Virus record (IMG/VR): IMGVR_UViG_3300028832_000122
Span: 17,577 to 81,576 of that record
From: a virus
Lineage: Duplodnaviria > Caudoviricetes
Reading direction: 5' to 3' (one strand)
DNA length: 64,000 nucleotides
Numbering within the stretch: position 1 is the first letter of the stretch; every line of letters starts with the position of its first letter. Both the position numbers and the translations under genes were made by a program. The notes under the pieces are model-generated. The model worked only from the letters and a program-made list of their open reading frames with translations, had not been told where the DNA came from and made no database searches. Positions 9,783 through 19,681 of this stretch are shown here, in pieces.

Positions 9783-11503
9783 CGCCTGAACCCGATGCCG
9801 TTATCACGCCGTGCCTTGTTGGCGCAGGACAGGGAGTCGTAAATCTGCTTGTCATCGTGCTTTTGGAATCTCTTCCCGCACACGGGGCAGATTGCCCACT
9901 TGCCCTGTGACGAACCGCTCCCGCCTCCTCCACCACCGGAGGATTCTTCATCACCCGCAGCCGCTACGGCTTCCGGGCTTGTCGGGTTCACGGTGTCGTT
10001 CTCGTCAAGTGGCAGGCCTTCCGTAACGCCGTTCAGCCTGTCCAGTTCATCAGCCAGTTTCTGCTGATAATCGTCATATATAATGGCGTCGCTCTCAGGA
10101 TCCCTGCTCAGATGGCTGAATGTGAACGCCTGGATTGCAGGCATACCGCTCGTCCTCAGCGTGCTGAAGCTTTGTGTCTTCACGAGCAGGTCCTCGTAAC
10201 TCTGCCGCCAGAACTTCGGCTCAAGGTCGGAAATCTTCAGCCCTTCAAGCACATTGCGCTGGTCACATATCTTCAGCACGACCTTGAGGAACTCCGTTTC
10301 CGCAGCCTTCCACATTGCCTGTGTTTCCTGCATCCGCGCCTCGGCATCCCACCAGCCGTTTTTCATAATGACCGCGCCGTTATTACTGCTATCGCCCGTG
10401 TTTGCGTCGCCCTGGCTCGGCATACCTACAATCCGCAGGATCTGCTGATACATATTGTCAATCAGCGTCTGCGTCTGGCTTTGGTCGAGCTGTTCATTCA
10501 GGTAGTACAGCTTACGTCCGCCGTTCGCACCCTGTGACGCAGGCAGTTTGATCGCACCAAGATCTTTCAGTTCAAGGAAGTCCTCCCTGCTGATGTCAAC
10601 ACCGTCGAACACCATCAGTGCCTGGATGAACTGATCCACGCCGTCAAGCCTGTTGCTCTGTGTAAGGTTAATGGCGTCCAGGAGCGGCACGACAGGCTCA
10701 AACGCACCCATATAGTTCGGGTTACACGGGTATTCAATCAGGTTGACCATTCCGAAGTTGTGCTTCTCCTTCGCAATGATCTTCATTTCCTTGTCCACAC
10801 CGTTGATGACGTACTTCGTGTTCGGCGTGTAGACCGTGTACTCCGGGCTTTGGTTGTTTTCTTCCTTGAACACGTACGTGACGCCCATAAGCACACGCTT
10901 CGTGAAGTCGCTCCTGCGGACAACAAACGTGTTTTCGCTGTCGAGCACGTACATCTCGAAAGGCGCTTCGTCAAGGAACTCTTCCTGTGCGTTGTTCTGA
11001 TTGTGGATGGCAAGCCTGTACGCCACGCCACAAGTAAACATCTCATGGGCCAGGGTCAGATCCTTTGTCTGCTTGCCTTCACTCAGCATCATGCTGTTGA
11101 CCGCGGCAACCTTCTCTGGGATTGTAACCTCGCCTTCCGGCACTTCCTCACGTACGCCGCTCGCACGGCTCACGTACTGGATAGGCTCTCCGGCAAACTC
11201 GGAAGTCTTGAACGTCACAATCTGGTTGGCGATATTCACGACAACCTTGTTATTCACCTCGGCGTTGTAGTTCTTCTTACGGAACAGCACAGGCTGTTGC
11301 CCCCGTACATACTTCTTGAGGAAGATTTCCTCACGCCGGTTCATCTCATGAATAGGCAAAGCTTTCGTCAGCACTTCAATCACGTTCTCATCCGTGATCT
11401 CCTCAGCCGAGTTAAAGATCTGCCTTCTCCCGCGAAGGTTTTTTGACATTTCAAGATCTTCAGGCGTCAAACCGACGGTAACGTCGTAAACCTCAAGACC
11501 CAT
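9779..11503 (-). CDS. Portal protein (SPP1 gp6-like) with acidic/Gly linker and C-terminal Cys motif
   Basis: 'NNKVVVNIANQIVTFKTSEFAGEPIQY', 'IEYPCNPNYMGAFEPVVPLLDAIN'; start placed at ATG 11503 on RBS grounds. Confidence 0.9.
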   Translation of the reverse strand: MGLEVYDVTVGLTPEDLEMSKNLRGRRQIFNSAEEITDENVIEVLTKALPIHEMNRREEIFLKKYVRGQQPVLFRKKNYNAEVNNKVVVNIANQIVTFKTSEFAGEPIQYVSRASGVREEVPEGEVTIPEKVAAVNSMMLSEGKQTKDLTLAHEMFTCGVAYRLAIHNQNNAQEEFLDEAPFEMYVLDSENTFVVRRSDFTKRVLMGVTYVFKEENNQSPEYTVYTPNTKYVINGVDKEMKIIAKEKHNFGMVNLIEYPCNPNYMGAFEPVVPLLDAINLTQSNRLDGVDQFIQALMVFDGVDISREDFLELKDLGAIKLPASQGANGGRKLYYLNEQLDQSQTQTLIDNMYQQILRIVGMPSQGDANTGDSSNNGAVIMKNGWWDAEARMQETQAMWKAAETEFLKVVLKICDQRNVLEGLKISDLEPKFWRQSYEDLLVKTQSFSTLRTSGMPAIQAFTFSHLSRDPESDAIIYDDYQQKLADELDRLNGVTEGLPLDENDTVNPTSPEAVAAAGDEESSGGGGGGSGSSQGKWAICPVCGKRFQKHDDKQIYDSLSCANKARRDNGIGFRR

Positions 11504-11704
11504 ACCGCTCACCTCCGCTTCGTAAATGTAGAAAAAGACGCTGAAAACGATCTCTCGCAATCAGCGTCTTCCACTGTCCCGCTGGTGTCGGTTCCGTTCG
11601 CCCCGTAAATGTGGTCGAAAAGAAAGCGGAACAGTATCCTACGAATGCATTATATAGTGCATATCGTAGTTCTGTCAATACTAAATGTCGTATGCGTAAA
11701 AAAT

Positions 11705-13345
11705 TTAAAACGGCCTTGAAAAAACCTGCACCTGCCCCGCAGTGAACCACTGGATATAATCTGCAAACATTGCCATACTGTCTGGCGCATCATCGTGCTT
11801 TGCTTTCCCGTTCATTGTCCAGCTGCACAGGTTGTCCATGAAGGATCTGTATTCCTTGTCTTTAATCACTGACGGATCCTTGAACAGAAACCGTTCCTTC
11901 ACGTACGGAGACGCCATGACGATCTTTGTCTCTTTATTCTGCGTCGTGAATTTCGTGGTCAGTTTTGTACGCCCACCACGCCGTTTTACCTCTGCCTGCA
12001 CATCCTGGGCAACCCTGCCGCCAGCACTGTTGGACTCAAACCGTCCCATATGAACATTATGTTCCAGGAGCTTTGACACAATCTCTGCTTCTACGACTTC
12101 CGGATTCGCATTGTTAAACACCACGTCTTCCACGTAGAAGTCCTGGCCGTACTGATACGCAATAGGCATAGAACAATAGTCTGCACCTTTGTCTTTTGTA
12201 TCACACACGCACAAGATCGCATCAGGTTCCCTATCAGGCAGTTCAAAGTACCGTCTCAGTTCATCCGGATGATACAGCAGGCCTTCTCTCTCAATCGGCT
12301 CGTTCATGTACAGCGCGCGCCATGACACATCGTCCATAACTTTCCGCTGTTCATGGTAAAACTGCGTGCTGAATCCTACGCCAAACTGATAGTCGAAGTT
12401 GCTCTCATCATTCTCATCCAGCGCAGGCACAGCAATAAACTCAGCCCTGTTGTTTCCTTCATATTGGCGTTTAAGTCTTCCAAGTATATCTGCCACAGCC
12501 CACCTTGTCGCAACGTGAAGTTCCTTGCAATGATCTCCAATCTTTCTCTGCCGAAGGTCTGTAGTGTAGATTTCCCATAGTTTGTCCAGTCGTTCTATAC
12601 TCAACGCAACCTCCAACCCACTGATTAAGTCGTCGCAATATAGCAGACGCATGGCACGATACAGACCTGCATTCCCAGAACCTATACTTGTAAACTCAAG
12701 TGTTTCAAATCTTTTTCGTTTCCCTAAATCTATCCGATAATCCTTTGCATTTGTGTTTGTAACGTTCACGTCCGGAAACACGTCATGCCACAGATATTCT
12801 CCGTTCGGATCAAATATCCTCAAGCACTCATCATATACACCACGTACAAATGCGTTACTGTGCGATCCAGTAAGATCCGGTTCTTCCGGCCATTTCCCCG
12901 CCACCCATGTCAACAGGAAAATTGCCAACGTCGATTTTCCAACACCTGGAGGCAGACTGACCCCAAGTATATCAAGTTCGTCGTCCATTAACCTTTGGAA
13001 CGCATTCACAACCTTCAGAAGTTTTTTCCTCCTGGGAAGATAAAACCGCTTCCTCGGCTCTCTGTCCCGCTCAATGTACTGGCAGTATGCGTCAAAGTCC
13101 ACACGTGCATCCGCAAGCAGGCTCTTGTAGTACGTGTCGTTCATTATCTCAAGAAACCGCGTGTCCTTCGGATGCGCTCTTCGGATCTCATTGCTGATCT
13201 TTCTCCGAAGTTCCTTATTTGCTTCGTGCATCCCTGGCTTCCCATTCTGTATCCCTTCATACAGAATCGAAAGAGCGTCCCTGTATATCAGCGGGTCATA
13301 AGGCCGTAACTCTATGTTCCGCCGTATAATCTTTAACTCGTCCAT
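11705..13345 (-). CDS. terL: Terminase large subunit
   Basis: Walker A 'SLPPGVGKS', Walker B 'LLYCDD', nuclease 'CDTKDKGADY' and 'HDDAPDS'. Confidence 0.95.
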   Translation of the reverse strand: MDELKIIRRNIELRPYDPLIYRDALSILYEGIQNGKPGMHEANKELRRKISNEIRRAHPKDTRFLEIMNDTYYKSLLADARVDFDAYCQYIERDREPRKRFYLPRRKKLLKVVNAFQRLMDDELDILGVSLPPGVGKSTLAIFLLTWVAGKWPEEPDLTGSHSNAFVRGVYDECLRIFDPNGEYLWHDVFPDVNVTNTNAKDYRIDLGKRKRFETLEFTSIGSGNAGLYRAMRLLYCDDLISGLEVALSIERLDKLWEIYTTDLRQRKIGDHCKELHVATRWAVADILGRLKRQYEGNNRAEFIAVPALDENDESNFDYQFGVGFSTQFYHEQRKVMDDVSWRALYMNEPIEREGLLYHPDELRRYFELPDREPDAILCVCDTKDKGADYCSMPIAYQYGQDFYVEDVVFNNANPEVVEAEIVSKLLEHNVHMGRFESNSAGGRVAQDVQAEVKRRGGRTKLTTKFTTQNKETKIVMASPYVKERFLFKDPSVIKDKEYRSFMDNLCSWTMNGKAKHDDAPDSMAMFADYIQWFTAGQVQVFSRPF

Positions 13346-13574
13346 ACCATACCTCCAGTAAAAAACGGGAACAAGCCTTTCGCTCATTCCCGCAATCATG
13401 CGTGTTCATTATTCGCTTAGTATCTCGTCCGCCTGTGACTCTCCATCATAGAACGCTTCCCATGTATCACACTTCTCCGGATCACAGCCGTCCTTGTACT
13501 CTTTGCACAAGCCCGCGTATGCACACTCGCCTTCATGCCTGTATACGTCGTCTCGCTTCCAGAAAACAGGAGCA

Positions 13575-13784
13575 TCATTTCCCATTGCGATTGTCTCCGC
13601 CGTCCTTCCAGTAATCAACAAAGTTGTTGTACGCCTTATCCCCATCGTGCCACGCACTTACAAACAACCCTAACAGAATTACTATCAGCACAGCTAACGC
13701 AATCACGCCCGCCTTATCCCCAAGGTCTGTGCCTATCCAGTACACTATGCCTATCAGCAACAGTAACTCAAGCATCAGCACCAC
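13575..13784 (-). CDS. Small membrane protein
   Basis: Two hydrophobic segments; part of a coupled run of small ORFs upstream of terL. Confidence 0.5.
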   Translation of the reverse strand: MVLMLELLLLIGIVYWIGTDLGDKAGVIALAVLIVILLGLFVSAWHDGDKAYNNFVDYWKDGGDNRNGK

Positions 13785-13989
13785 CTTCCTCTGTACTTTC
13801 GTTGATGCTCTCTGTCATAAGGTTCTCGTATGCTATCGCTGCCTCACGCTCACATGCGTTCACCAGTATATCATATATCGACATCCAGTCACGTATCTTC
13901 AGCACACCGTTATCATACAGTTCATTTATCCGCCTGATCAGCTGGTCACGCTTCTCTTCGTCAATCGCCTCGTTCAGTCGTTCTTCCAA
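13768..13989 (-). CDS. Hypothetical protein
   Basis: Coupled to neighbouring ORFs; plausible helical sequence. Confidence 0.55.
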   Translation of the reverse strand: MEERLNEAIDEEKRDQLIRRINELYDNGVLKIRDWMSIYDILVNACEREAAIAYENLMTESINESTEEGGADA

Positions 13990-13994
13990 TCACA

Positions 13995-14312
13995 TCACCC
14001 CAACATATTCATCAGCTTTTTCAGTTTCTCAAATACCGGCCAGTACGCAGACGCCTTCGCATCCTTCCACGCCGTGTACTCCTCGCTGAACTCCACCGCA
14101 GGCTCGCTCCCGTTCTCAGCCAGGAACGCATACAGACTGTCCTTCGATACAGTCAACTCCAGCGTGTCATACTCCTGGGCCAGCACGTACAGGATCTCAC
14201 CGCCGTTATCAACCTCAGCTTCCGTTACAACCGCCCACGCACCAGGGCACGCCATGACTTCCTTCGCCTTCATTCCAATGATCTTCATTGCTTTCTCCTC
14301 CTTATTAATCAT
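13995..14312 (-). CDS. Hypothetical protein
   Basis: RBS present; overlaps the stop of the recombinase gene. Confidence 0.55.
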   Translation of the reverse strand: MINKEEKAMKIIGMKAKEVMACPGAWAVVTEAEVDNGGEILYVLAQEYDTLELTVSKDSLYAFLAENGSEPAVEFSEEYTAWKDAKASAYWPVFEKLKKLMNMLG

Positions 14313-15018
14313 TCAGTATCGCTTCGTGCTTTCCCTGCACCCACTCATCAGTTCCTTTGATCCTGTAGTAGCCGTGGTAAAACCTCTCGTTGTTCCAGAT
14401 CCCCTGCACGGTACCAATCGTGAACAGTCCGCCCTTCCGGTTTCTGTATCCGTTTGCGTTCAGTTTCTCCATCGTCCCCATCATCGTCCGCCCTGCATGC
14501 TTCTCCTCCATAATGAACTTCACTACAGGTACTTCAGATTCGTTCACTAAAAGCTGTCCGCCTGATACACGATAACCCATCGGCGCATTCCCACCAATGT
14601 ACTCCCCGCGTATCTCCTTCCGCTTCCGACCGTCCGCATTCCTGATCCGCTCATGCTCCAGTTCCATCCTGCACAGCGTTTCGGAAAACCTCTCGAGTAC
14701 GCTCCTGTACGCCATGTACCCCGCATACTCCTTCCATTCCGCTACAATAAGCATGCTTCCGCGCATCTGAAGCCTGCACCTGTACGCATAAAACTCAAAC
14801 ACGTTCCCCGTTATGTCCAGGTTCGACGCAGCAACAACAGCATCAATCTTCCTGTGACCTTTCCAACTGCCGTAAACTACGTCGCCAAAGTCGCTTACCT
14901 CCTCTCCGACCCAGTCCACAACCTCATACCCTTCATTGTCACAGTATAACTGCACAGTACGCTTCTGCTCCGCTTCGCTTCCATCCCCGTACCGTATGTA
15001 TCCTACCGCCTTCTTCAT
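14305..15018 (-). CDS. Serine recombinase (resolvase + Recombinase domain, no long C-terminal coiled coil); catalytic region degenerate
   Basis: 'KAVGYIRYG', 'ERIRNADGRKRK...GGNAPMGYRV', 'LNANGYRNRKGGLF...VQGIWNNERFYHG'. The canonical YxRVS serine is not evident. Confidence 0.75.
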   Translation of the reverse strand: MKKAVGYIRYGDGSEAEQKRTVQLYCDNEGYEVVDWVGEEVSDFGDVVYGSWKGHRKIDAVVAASNLDITGNVFEFYAYRCRLQMRGSMLIVAEWKEYAGYMAYRSVLERFSETLCRMELEHERIRNADGRKRKEIRGEYIGGNAPMGYRVSGGQLLVNESEVPVVKFIMEEKHAGRTMMGTMEKLNANGYRNRKGGLFTIGTVQGIWNNERFYHGYYRIKGTDEWVQGKHEAILND

Positions 15019-15219
15019 ACACTCACCTCCTCCAGTTTCGCTGCGGTTCTGTTTACGCCTAATATTATACCACGTTTACGGCAACTTTGCAAAATATTTT
15101 ATTTCAAGTCCTTTTTTATTTTCGGGGGATTTTCAGGACGTGAACAAGGTAGGCCTTTTTTATGCTGCGGATGCTGGGAGGGGTTACGGCTCTGCCGGAA
15201 CACCTCAAAAAATCCCCAT

Positions 15220-15272
15220 GGGATGCTGAAAAAATGTAGCATCCTGGCGGGATGCTGAAAAAAAGTAGCATC
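15220..15272. repeat. Tandem palindromic repeats
   Basis: gggatgctgaaaaaatgtagcatcc (15220-15244) and gggatgctgaaaaaaagtagcatc (15249-15272). Confidence 0.75.
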
Positions 15273-15625
15273 ATATCGATAAAAACAGAACAAAAAAGTC
15301 ATGAAAAGCCCTGTAAACGCCTTGTTTCCTTTAGGTTTACGCCGTTTTGTGGTACAATATAGGCGTAGGGAATAACCGCTGAACAGACGACGCCACGGGG
15401 CGTCATGACGGAGCACGACGCAAGGCGGGTAGCACGTCGGAAAACAACCGCCCGTGATCATTGTCAAGTCAATAGAAACAATCCGCTTTACCTCACGGAA
15501 AACACGTCATGACTGAACAAGGCAAGACGGGCGACAACGTAGGCGAAAACGTCACGCAGAACAGGACGGGCGGAGGAAACGCAAAAAATCCTGTACACGT
15601 TGGGCAATGTTTGAGAATTGCGGAG

Positions 15626-16038
15626 CGTGTACGGGAATCAGCACGGCAGGCAAAAAACAATTATTGAAAGTGAGGAAGTAAAAAAATGGAAAGCGTAACT
15701 ATCAATATTCTGTCAAAGGAAGAAATAAAAGCTTTGCGGAAATCCGATATCTCAATAACAAAAAACCTTGCGTCACATATGAATAAATGTAATCGGATTG
15801 CGTCGGCGTTAAATGCCGAAATGAAGGCGGTAAAAGACAATCTCAAAGAAAAGCACGGGGAAATTGACAACGCAATTGTCACGATTGAAAACCGCCCCGA
15901 ACATTACTTTAGCAAAGAAGAATTTATCGCCGTATACGGTGAAGAAGAATATAACAGATTCTATCTATTACGGGATAAATTCTATGTGACGTTCCACTGA
16001 TAAAGCCCGCCCCGCCTGCCTGCTGATTCCCGTACACG
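15626..16038. repeat. 25/26-bp inverted repeat pair flanking ORF 15686-16000
   Basis: cgtgtacgggaatcagcacggcaggc (15626-15651) versus gcctgcctgctgattcccgtacacg (16014-16038); one-base indel. Confidence 0.85.
15686..16000 (+). CDS. Hypothetical protein
   Basis: RBS gaaagtgagga; first gene of the plus-strand island. Confidence 0.7.
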   Translation: MESVTINILSKEEIKALRKSDISITKNLASHMNKCNRIASALNAEMKAVKDNLKEKHGEIDNAIVTIENRPEHYFSKEEFIAVYGEEEYNRFYLLRDKFYVTFH

Positions 16039-16076
16039 ATACGGAATAAAACAAATTGAAAGTGAGGAAAAAGGCA

Positions 16077-16865
16077 ATGGCAAAGCATGAAACACTGAAA
16101 GAAAGACGGACAAACCCGCTATATACAAACGGGTTTATATGGAGCGGAAACGGGAAATTGCTCGACTATGATTCCGACGACGGAGTAATACAATGGCGAT
16201 ATGCACAATTCAACGTACGGGCAATTGAAGATTGCCCGTGCAGAACAGCGGGATGTACTGCCGTCTGTTATGCGACAAAAGGCAATCATGTTTTTCCTTC
16301 TGTAAAGGCAAGCCGTGAGAAGTCGTACAATGAAAGCAGGCGGGCAGATTTTTCCGACGCCGTCGTGTATACGATTCGCACGGAAAAACAGAGCGGACGC
16401 TATAAAGACAAAATAATGGGCGTACGTATTCATGAATCGGGCGACTTTTATTCCGTGCAATATTTACGTAAATGGCTAACCGCATGGTATGAACTGAAAA
16501 ACGATGAAGGTGTATGCTTTGTGTTTTATACAAAGTCTTTTCCGTTTTTCCTTATGCTTAACGACTTAGAGCGGGCAATGTTAAACGAGTTATTAGAATC
16601 GGGAAAAGTCGCTATGAATCTTTCAATAGACGACACAACAACGCCCGAACAATGGAAGGCATACGTCAAAATGCGGAAGGCATTCCCAAAGGCGAACACG
16701 TACGCCGTAACGGAACACACAAAAGAAGGCGACGACGTTTGTGATTGTGCGGATTGTGCACGTTGCGGGGCATGCAATAAAGCGACGGGAAAGCGGAAAG
16801 TCGTTGTCATCCATTCCGCTAGTAATGCGGACATGGACGTATACAGAGCGAACGTGAACAAGTGA
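16077..16865 (+). CDS. GP88-like (radical-SAM-related, Cys-cluster) protein
   Basis: 'CPCRTAGCTAVCYA', 'RIHESGDFY', 'FVFYTKS', C-terminal 'CDCADCARCGAC'. Confidence 0.7.
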   Translation: MAKHETLKERRTNPLYTNGFIWSGNGKLLDYDSDDGVIQWRYAQFNVRAIEDCPCRTAGCTAVCYATKGNHVFPSVKASREKSYNESRRADFSDAVVYTIRTEKQSGRYKDKIMGVRIHESGDFYSVQYLRKWLTAWYELKNDEGVCFVFYTKSFPFFLMLNDLERAMLNELLESGKVAMNLSIDDTTTPEQWKAYVKMRKAFPKANTYAVTEHTKEGDDVCDCADCARCGACNKATGKRKVVVIHSASNADMDVYRANVNK

Positions 16866-16926
16866 AACGTGAACAAGCGGGGCGGGAATTCCGCCCCGCT
16901 CGAATAATGAAATGGAGGAAAGAAAA

Positions 16927-17229
16927 ATGGAACGTTACTACTTCAACAATGAAACCGACGAAATCGAAAGCCTCGACACAATCCGCTCAGACTACTATGA
17001 CCTTTTCGGCGATGATTATGACTCACTCGAGGATTATATCACCGCTTGTCAATGGTACAACAACGGAACACTGACGCCCGTTTCCGTACGGCTCGCACGG
17101 GTAAAGCGTGAACTCAACCGTAAGTTGATGCTCGCTCAGAAGTATGGCTATGACGAATATGCTGATGAACTCGCCGATCTGCTAGAGCAGATGGACGTGT
17201 TGAGTAAGTACAACAGGGAGCGGGAATAA
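16927..17229 (+). CDS. Hypothetical protein
   Basis: RBS ggagga; preceded by a GC hairpin. Confidence 0.65.
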   Translation: MERYYFNNETDEIESLDTIRSDYYDLFGDDYDSLEDYITACQWYNNGTLTPVSVRLARVKRELNRKLMLAQKYGYDEYADELADLLEQMDVLSKYNRERE

Positions 17230-17572
17230 CCCGCTCCCGCCATGCATGACACCGACGACAGCGGGCGGGAATCCAGCTCGCCCGCTGAGGTCGATGCCAT
17301 ACGGCACGAAGAACAACAAGGAGGCATACACACATGGTATACGACTGCATCGCATCTTCCCGAAAAAAACCGAACACTATTGTCCTGTTCGGTATTGTCC
17401 GCCCCGTTTCCCCGTACAGTGAAAAGCGGGTCGGTTTCCTTGCGGAGGAGGGGCTTTCCCGCTACTGCTCCGCTCGTGACCAATACGGGAACATGTACGA
17501 ACTGTACACCGACTATGATCCATGTCTGCGGGTATCGCACGCCGTCGCCCTGCTTGTCGAGGAGGTGACAGC

Positions 17573-17803
17573 ATGACACGTTCCTATCCGTACCGCATCA
17601 CGCTCCGCATGTATAGCGGACTGACCGAACGCCACTACATCGAAGCGTCCAACTATCGGGACGCATTCGATAAAGCCCACCGCTTCGCCAACCCGATAGC
17701 CTATAGCGGGAAGTATCACGGACACACCGACGGCGTGCAGTTTATCGACGTGGACAAACTGACCCGTTCCTACTGCAAAGAGCATGATATCAAACTTGAA
17801 TAA
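17573..17803 (+). CDS. Hypothetical protein
   Basis: RBS ggaggt; ATG at 17573. Confidence 0.6.
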   Translation: MTRSYPYRITLRMYSGLTERHYIEASNYRDAFDKAHRFANPIAYSGKYHGHTDGVQFIDVDKLTRSYCKEHDIKLE

Positions 17804-17815
17804 GGAGGTTTATCC

Positions 17816-18019
17816 ATGAACGCCACGATTAACGACCTCAATATCCATTCCCCGTACAGAGTGTACGACCTCGACACAGGGCACTACGTATTCTCATGGC
17901 TCGATACCAACGCATGGGGCGACATCCCGCCCGATATCGCAACCCTGCCCGTCGTTGGACTCCGTGCCATGAATGGAGTCCTGTACATCGACACCCGCAC
18001 GGGAAACCGTATCGACTGA
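17816..18019 (+). CDS. Hypothetical protein
   Basis: RBS aaggagg. Confidence 0.6.
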   Translation: MNATINDLNIHSPYRVYDLDTGHYVFSWLDTNAWGDIPPDIATLPVVGLRAMNGVLYIDTRTGNRID

Positions 18020-18076
18020 CCGCACGGGGCGGGGATGCCCGCCAGGTCACCTCCGCCCCCACTCCCGTTTTCCTCG

Positions 18077-18106
18077 TTGACACTTACGCCATCATAGTGG
18101 TATAAT
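18077..18106 (+). promoter_or_regulatory. Sigma70/SigA-type promoter
   Basis: TTGACA-18 nt-TATAAT, followed by a leader and RBS. Confidence 0.7.
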
Positions 18107-18136
18107 TAGGCATAAACTGAAAGAGGAGGAAACCCC

Positions 18137-18649
18137 ATGCAGAAGTACACATCATCCGCCACGAGCATCAACCGCTCGAAACTCCCCGCCGTATACGGCA
18201 GGGCGACCCTGTCCCGCACGACGCCGTTCGTCGTCGACTATGGCTGTGGGAAGTTCACCGACCACATCGACGAACACCTCCGCCGTCTGAGCAAAGTCCT
18301 CTACCCGTACGACCCGTACAATCAGCCCGACTACGTGAACCTCCACACGCTCGACTTCATTCGTTGGGCAATGGATAACCGCATCGAGGTCGACGTCGTC
18401 TGCTCGAACGTGCTGAACGTCATCGACTCCGACGGCGAGGTGTCCCGCATATGCCACGACCTCGAGCGGATTGCCACCACCACAGGCGGGACGGCATTCG
18501 TAACCGTCTACGAAGGCAACCGCTCGGGCGTCGGACGTCAGACGGGGCGTGACCAATATCAGCGGAACGCTACGCTCCGTGACTATCTCCGCTTCTTCCA
18601 TAACGCCACTATCAAAAACGGAATGATTATCATCAAAGGAGGAAACTGA
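18137..18649 (+). CDS. Class I SAM-dependent methyltransferase (small)
   Basis: Motif I 'VVDYGCGK', 'YDPYN', 'VVCSNVLNVI'. Confidence 0.75.
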   Translation: MQKYTSSATSINRSKLPAVYGRATLSRTTPFVVDYGCGKFTDHIDEHLRRLSKVLYPYDPYNQPDYVNLHTLDFIRWAMDNRIEVDVVCSNVLNVIDSDGEVSRICHDLERIATTTGGTAFVTVYEGNRSGVGRQTGRDQYQRNATLRDYLRFFHNATIKNGMIIIKGGN

Positions 18650-18650
18650 T

Positions 18651-19001
18651 ATGAAAATCACCAACATCCATACCGACGACGGCTACACCTTCACGCTCAC
18701 GCTCGAGGACGGGACAGAGGCGACTCTGTCCCCCGCCTTGGCGGGATGCCTCAAAGAGCAGATGCTCAAGCGTGAACTCCGTGACGCCATCACGAACATC
18801 ATCGATGAGGAAATCAGCTACGGCAACATCGACATGGACAAGCACGAGTATAGCCGTGATGACTTCGAGGAGGAAATCTACTGTGACCTCGAGGAGGAAA
18901 TCGAATACGGCGACTACTCCGCCCTGTGCAACGACGGCGAATGGATTCGTGAGAAGATTACCGACACGGCAGACTTCTATGAACTCTGCCCCGACGAGTG
19001 A
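18651..19001 (+). CDS. Acidic hypothetical protein (paralogue of 19741-20073)
   Basis: Strongly D/E-rich; shares an 'LR...I...IDM...YS...EIY.D.E' pattern with 19741-20073. Confidence 0.7.
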   Translation: MKITNIHTDDGYTFTLTLEDGTEATLSPALAGCLKEQMLKRELRDAITNIIDEEISYGNIDMDKHEYSRDDFEEEIYCDLEEEIEYGDYSALCNDGEWIREKITDTADFYELCPDE

Positions 19002-19014
19002 GAGGAGTGATATC

Positions 19015-19425
19015 ATGATTCCCGTTCTCTTCATTAACTGCCTGCGTGAGCAGTTCGTCGATTGGATTATCGGCGGGCTGAAACTGTATGAAACACGTAC
19101 GAGGAACACGCTCAAGAAACTGCTCGAGTCGTATCTCGGGGAGCGGATACTGATAGCGGAAACAGGGCGGGGCGACCCGCTCGTCCGCTGCTCCGCCGTC
19201 ATCGATGAAGTCATAGCCGTCTATGACCAAGCCACATGGGAGGACTACCTCGGACAGACTTGGATTCCTGTTGACTCCAAGTATGATTGGAAACCTACGA
19301 CTAAGGTCAAGTATCTGTATCATCTGACAGACGTCCACAAACTCGCTCGCCCGTTCCGCCTGCCGAAGTCGTGCCGGAGGCATGGGCGTGTGTGGGCTGA
19401 ATATGAATGGGGGTGTGCATTATGA
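19015..19425 (+). CDS. ASCH/PUA-like domain protein
   Basis: 'IIGGLKLYETRTRN' matches the GxKxxExR ASCH motif. Confidence 0.75.
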   Translation: MIPVLFINCLREQFVDWIIGGLKLYETRTRNTLKKLLESYLGERILIAETGRGDPLVRCSAVIDEVIAVYDQATWEDYLGQTWIPVDSKYDWKPTTKVKYLYHLTDVHKLARPFRLPKSCRRHGRVWAEYEWGCAL

Positions 19426-19679
19426 GTAAGAGCATCATCTCCCTGGCACGTGGCATCTCGACCCTTGGGATCGCTCGCCGTGAGCTGGACCGTGTGGAAC
19501 GGCTCACGGGGGTACGCCCCGAGGATTGGCTCATGGACGTGTACGACGAGGATATCGACGAGTTCTACACGGCCGACGGCTTCGATTGGGAAGCGTTCGA
19601 GATGCACATGGGATTCATCGCAGATTCCTACATCGACTTTTTCGACGACCATCAGCGTGACCTCGTCATGGATTTATAG
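19422..19679 (+). CDS. Acidic hypothetical protein
   Basis: ATGA overlap with the upstream gene; D/E-rich C-terminal half. Confidence 0.6.
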   Translation: MSKSIISLARGISTLGIARRELDRVERLTGVRPEDWLMDVYDEDIDEFYTADGFDWEAFEMHMGFIADSYIDFFDDHQRDLVMDL

Positions 19680-19681
19680 TC

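Noticed and set aside
13624-14550. 308-aa plus-strand ORF and similar long antisense ORFs (e.g. 3577-4239, 9174-9842, 10760-11446, 20783-21499, 54017-54796)
   Set aside because: Each overlaps a better-supported gene on the opposite strand and has low-information composition.
14305-15018. Primary integrase of the phage
   Set aside because: It lacks the large C-terminal domain and a clear catalytic serine; the tyrosine integrase beside the tRNA attP fits that role.
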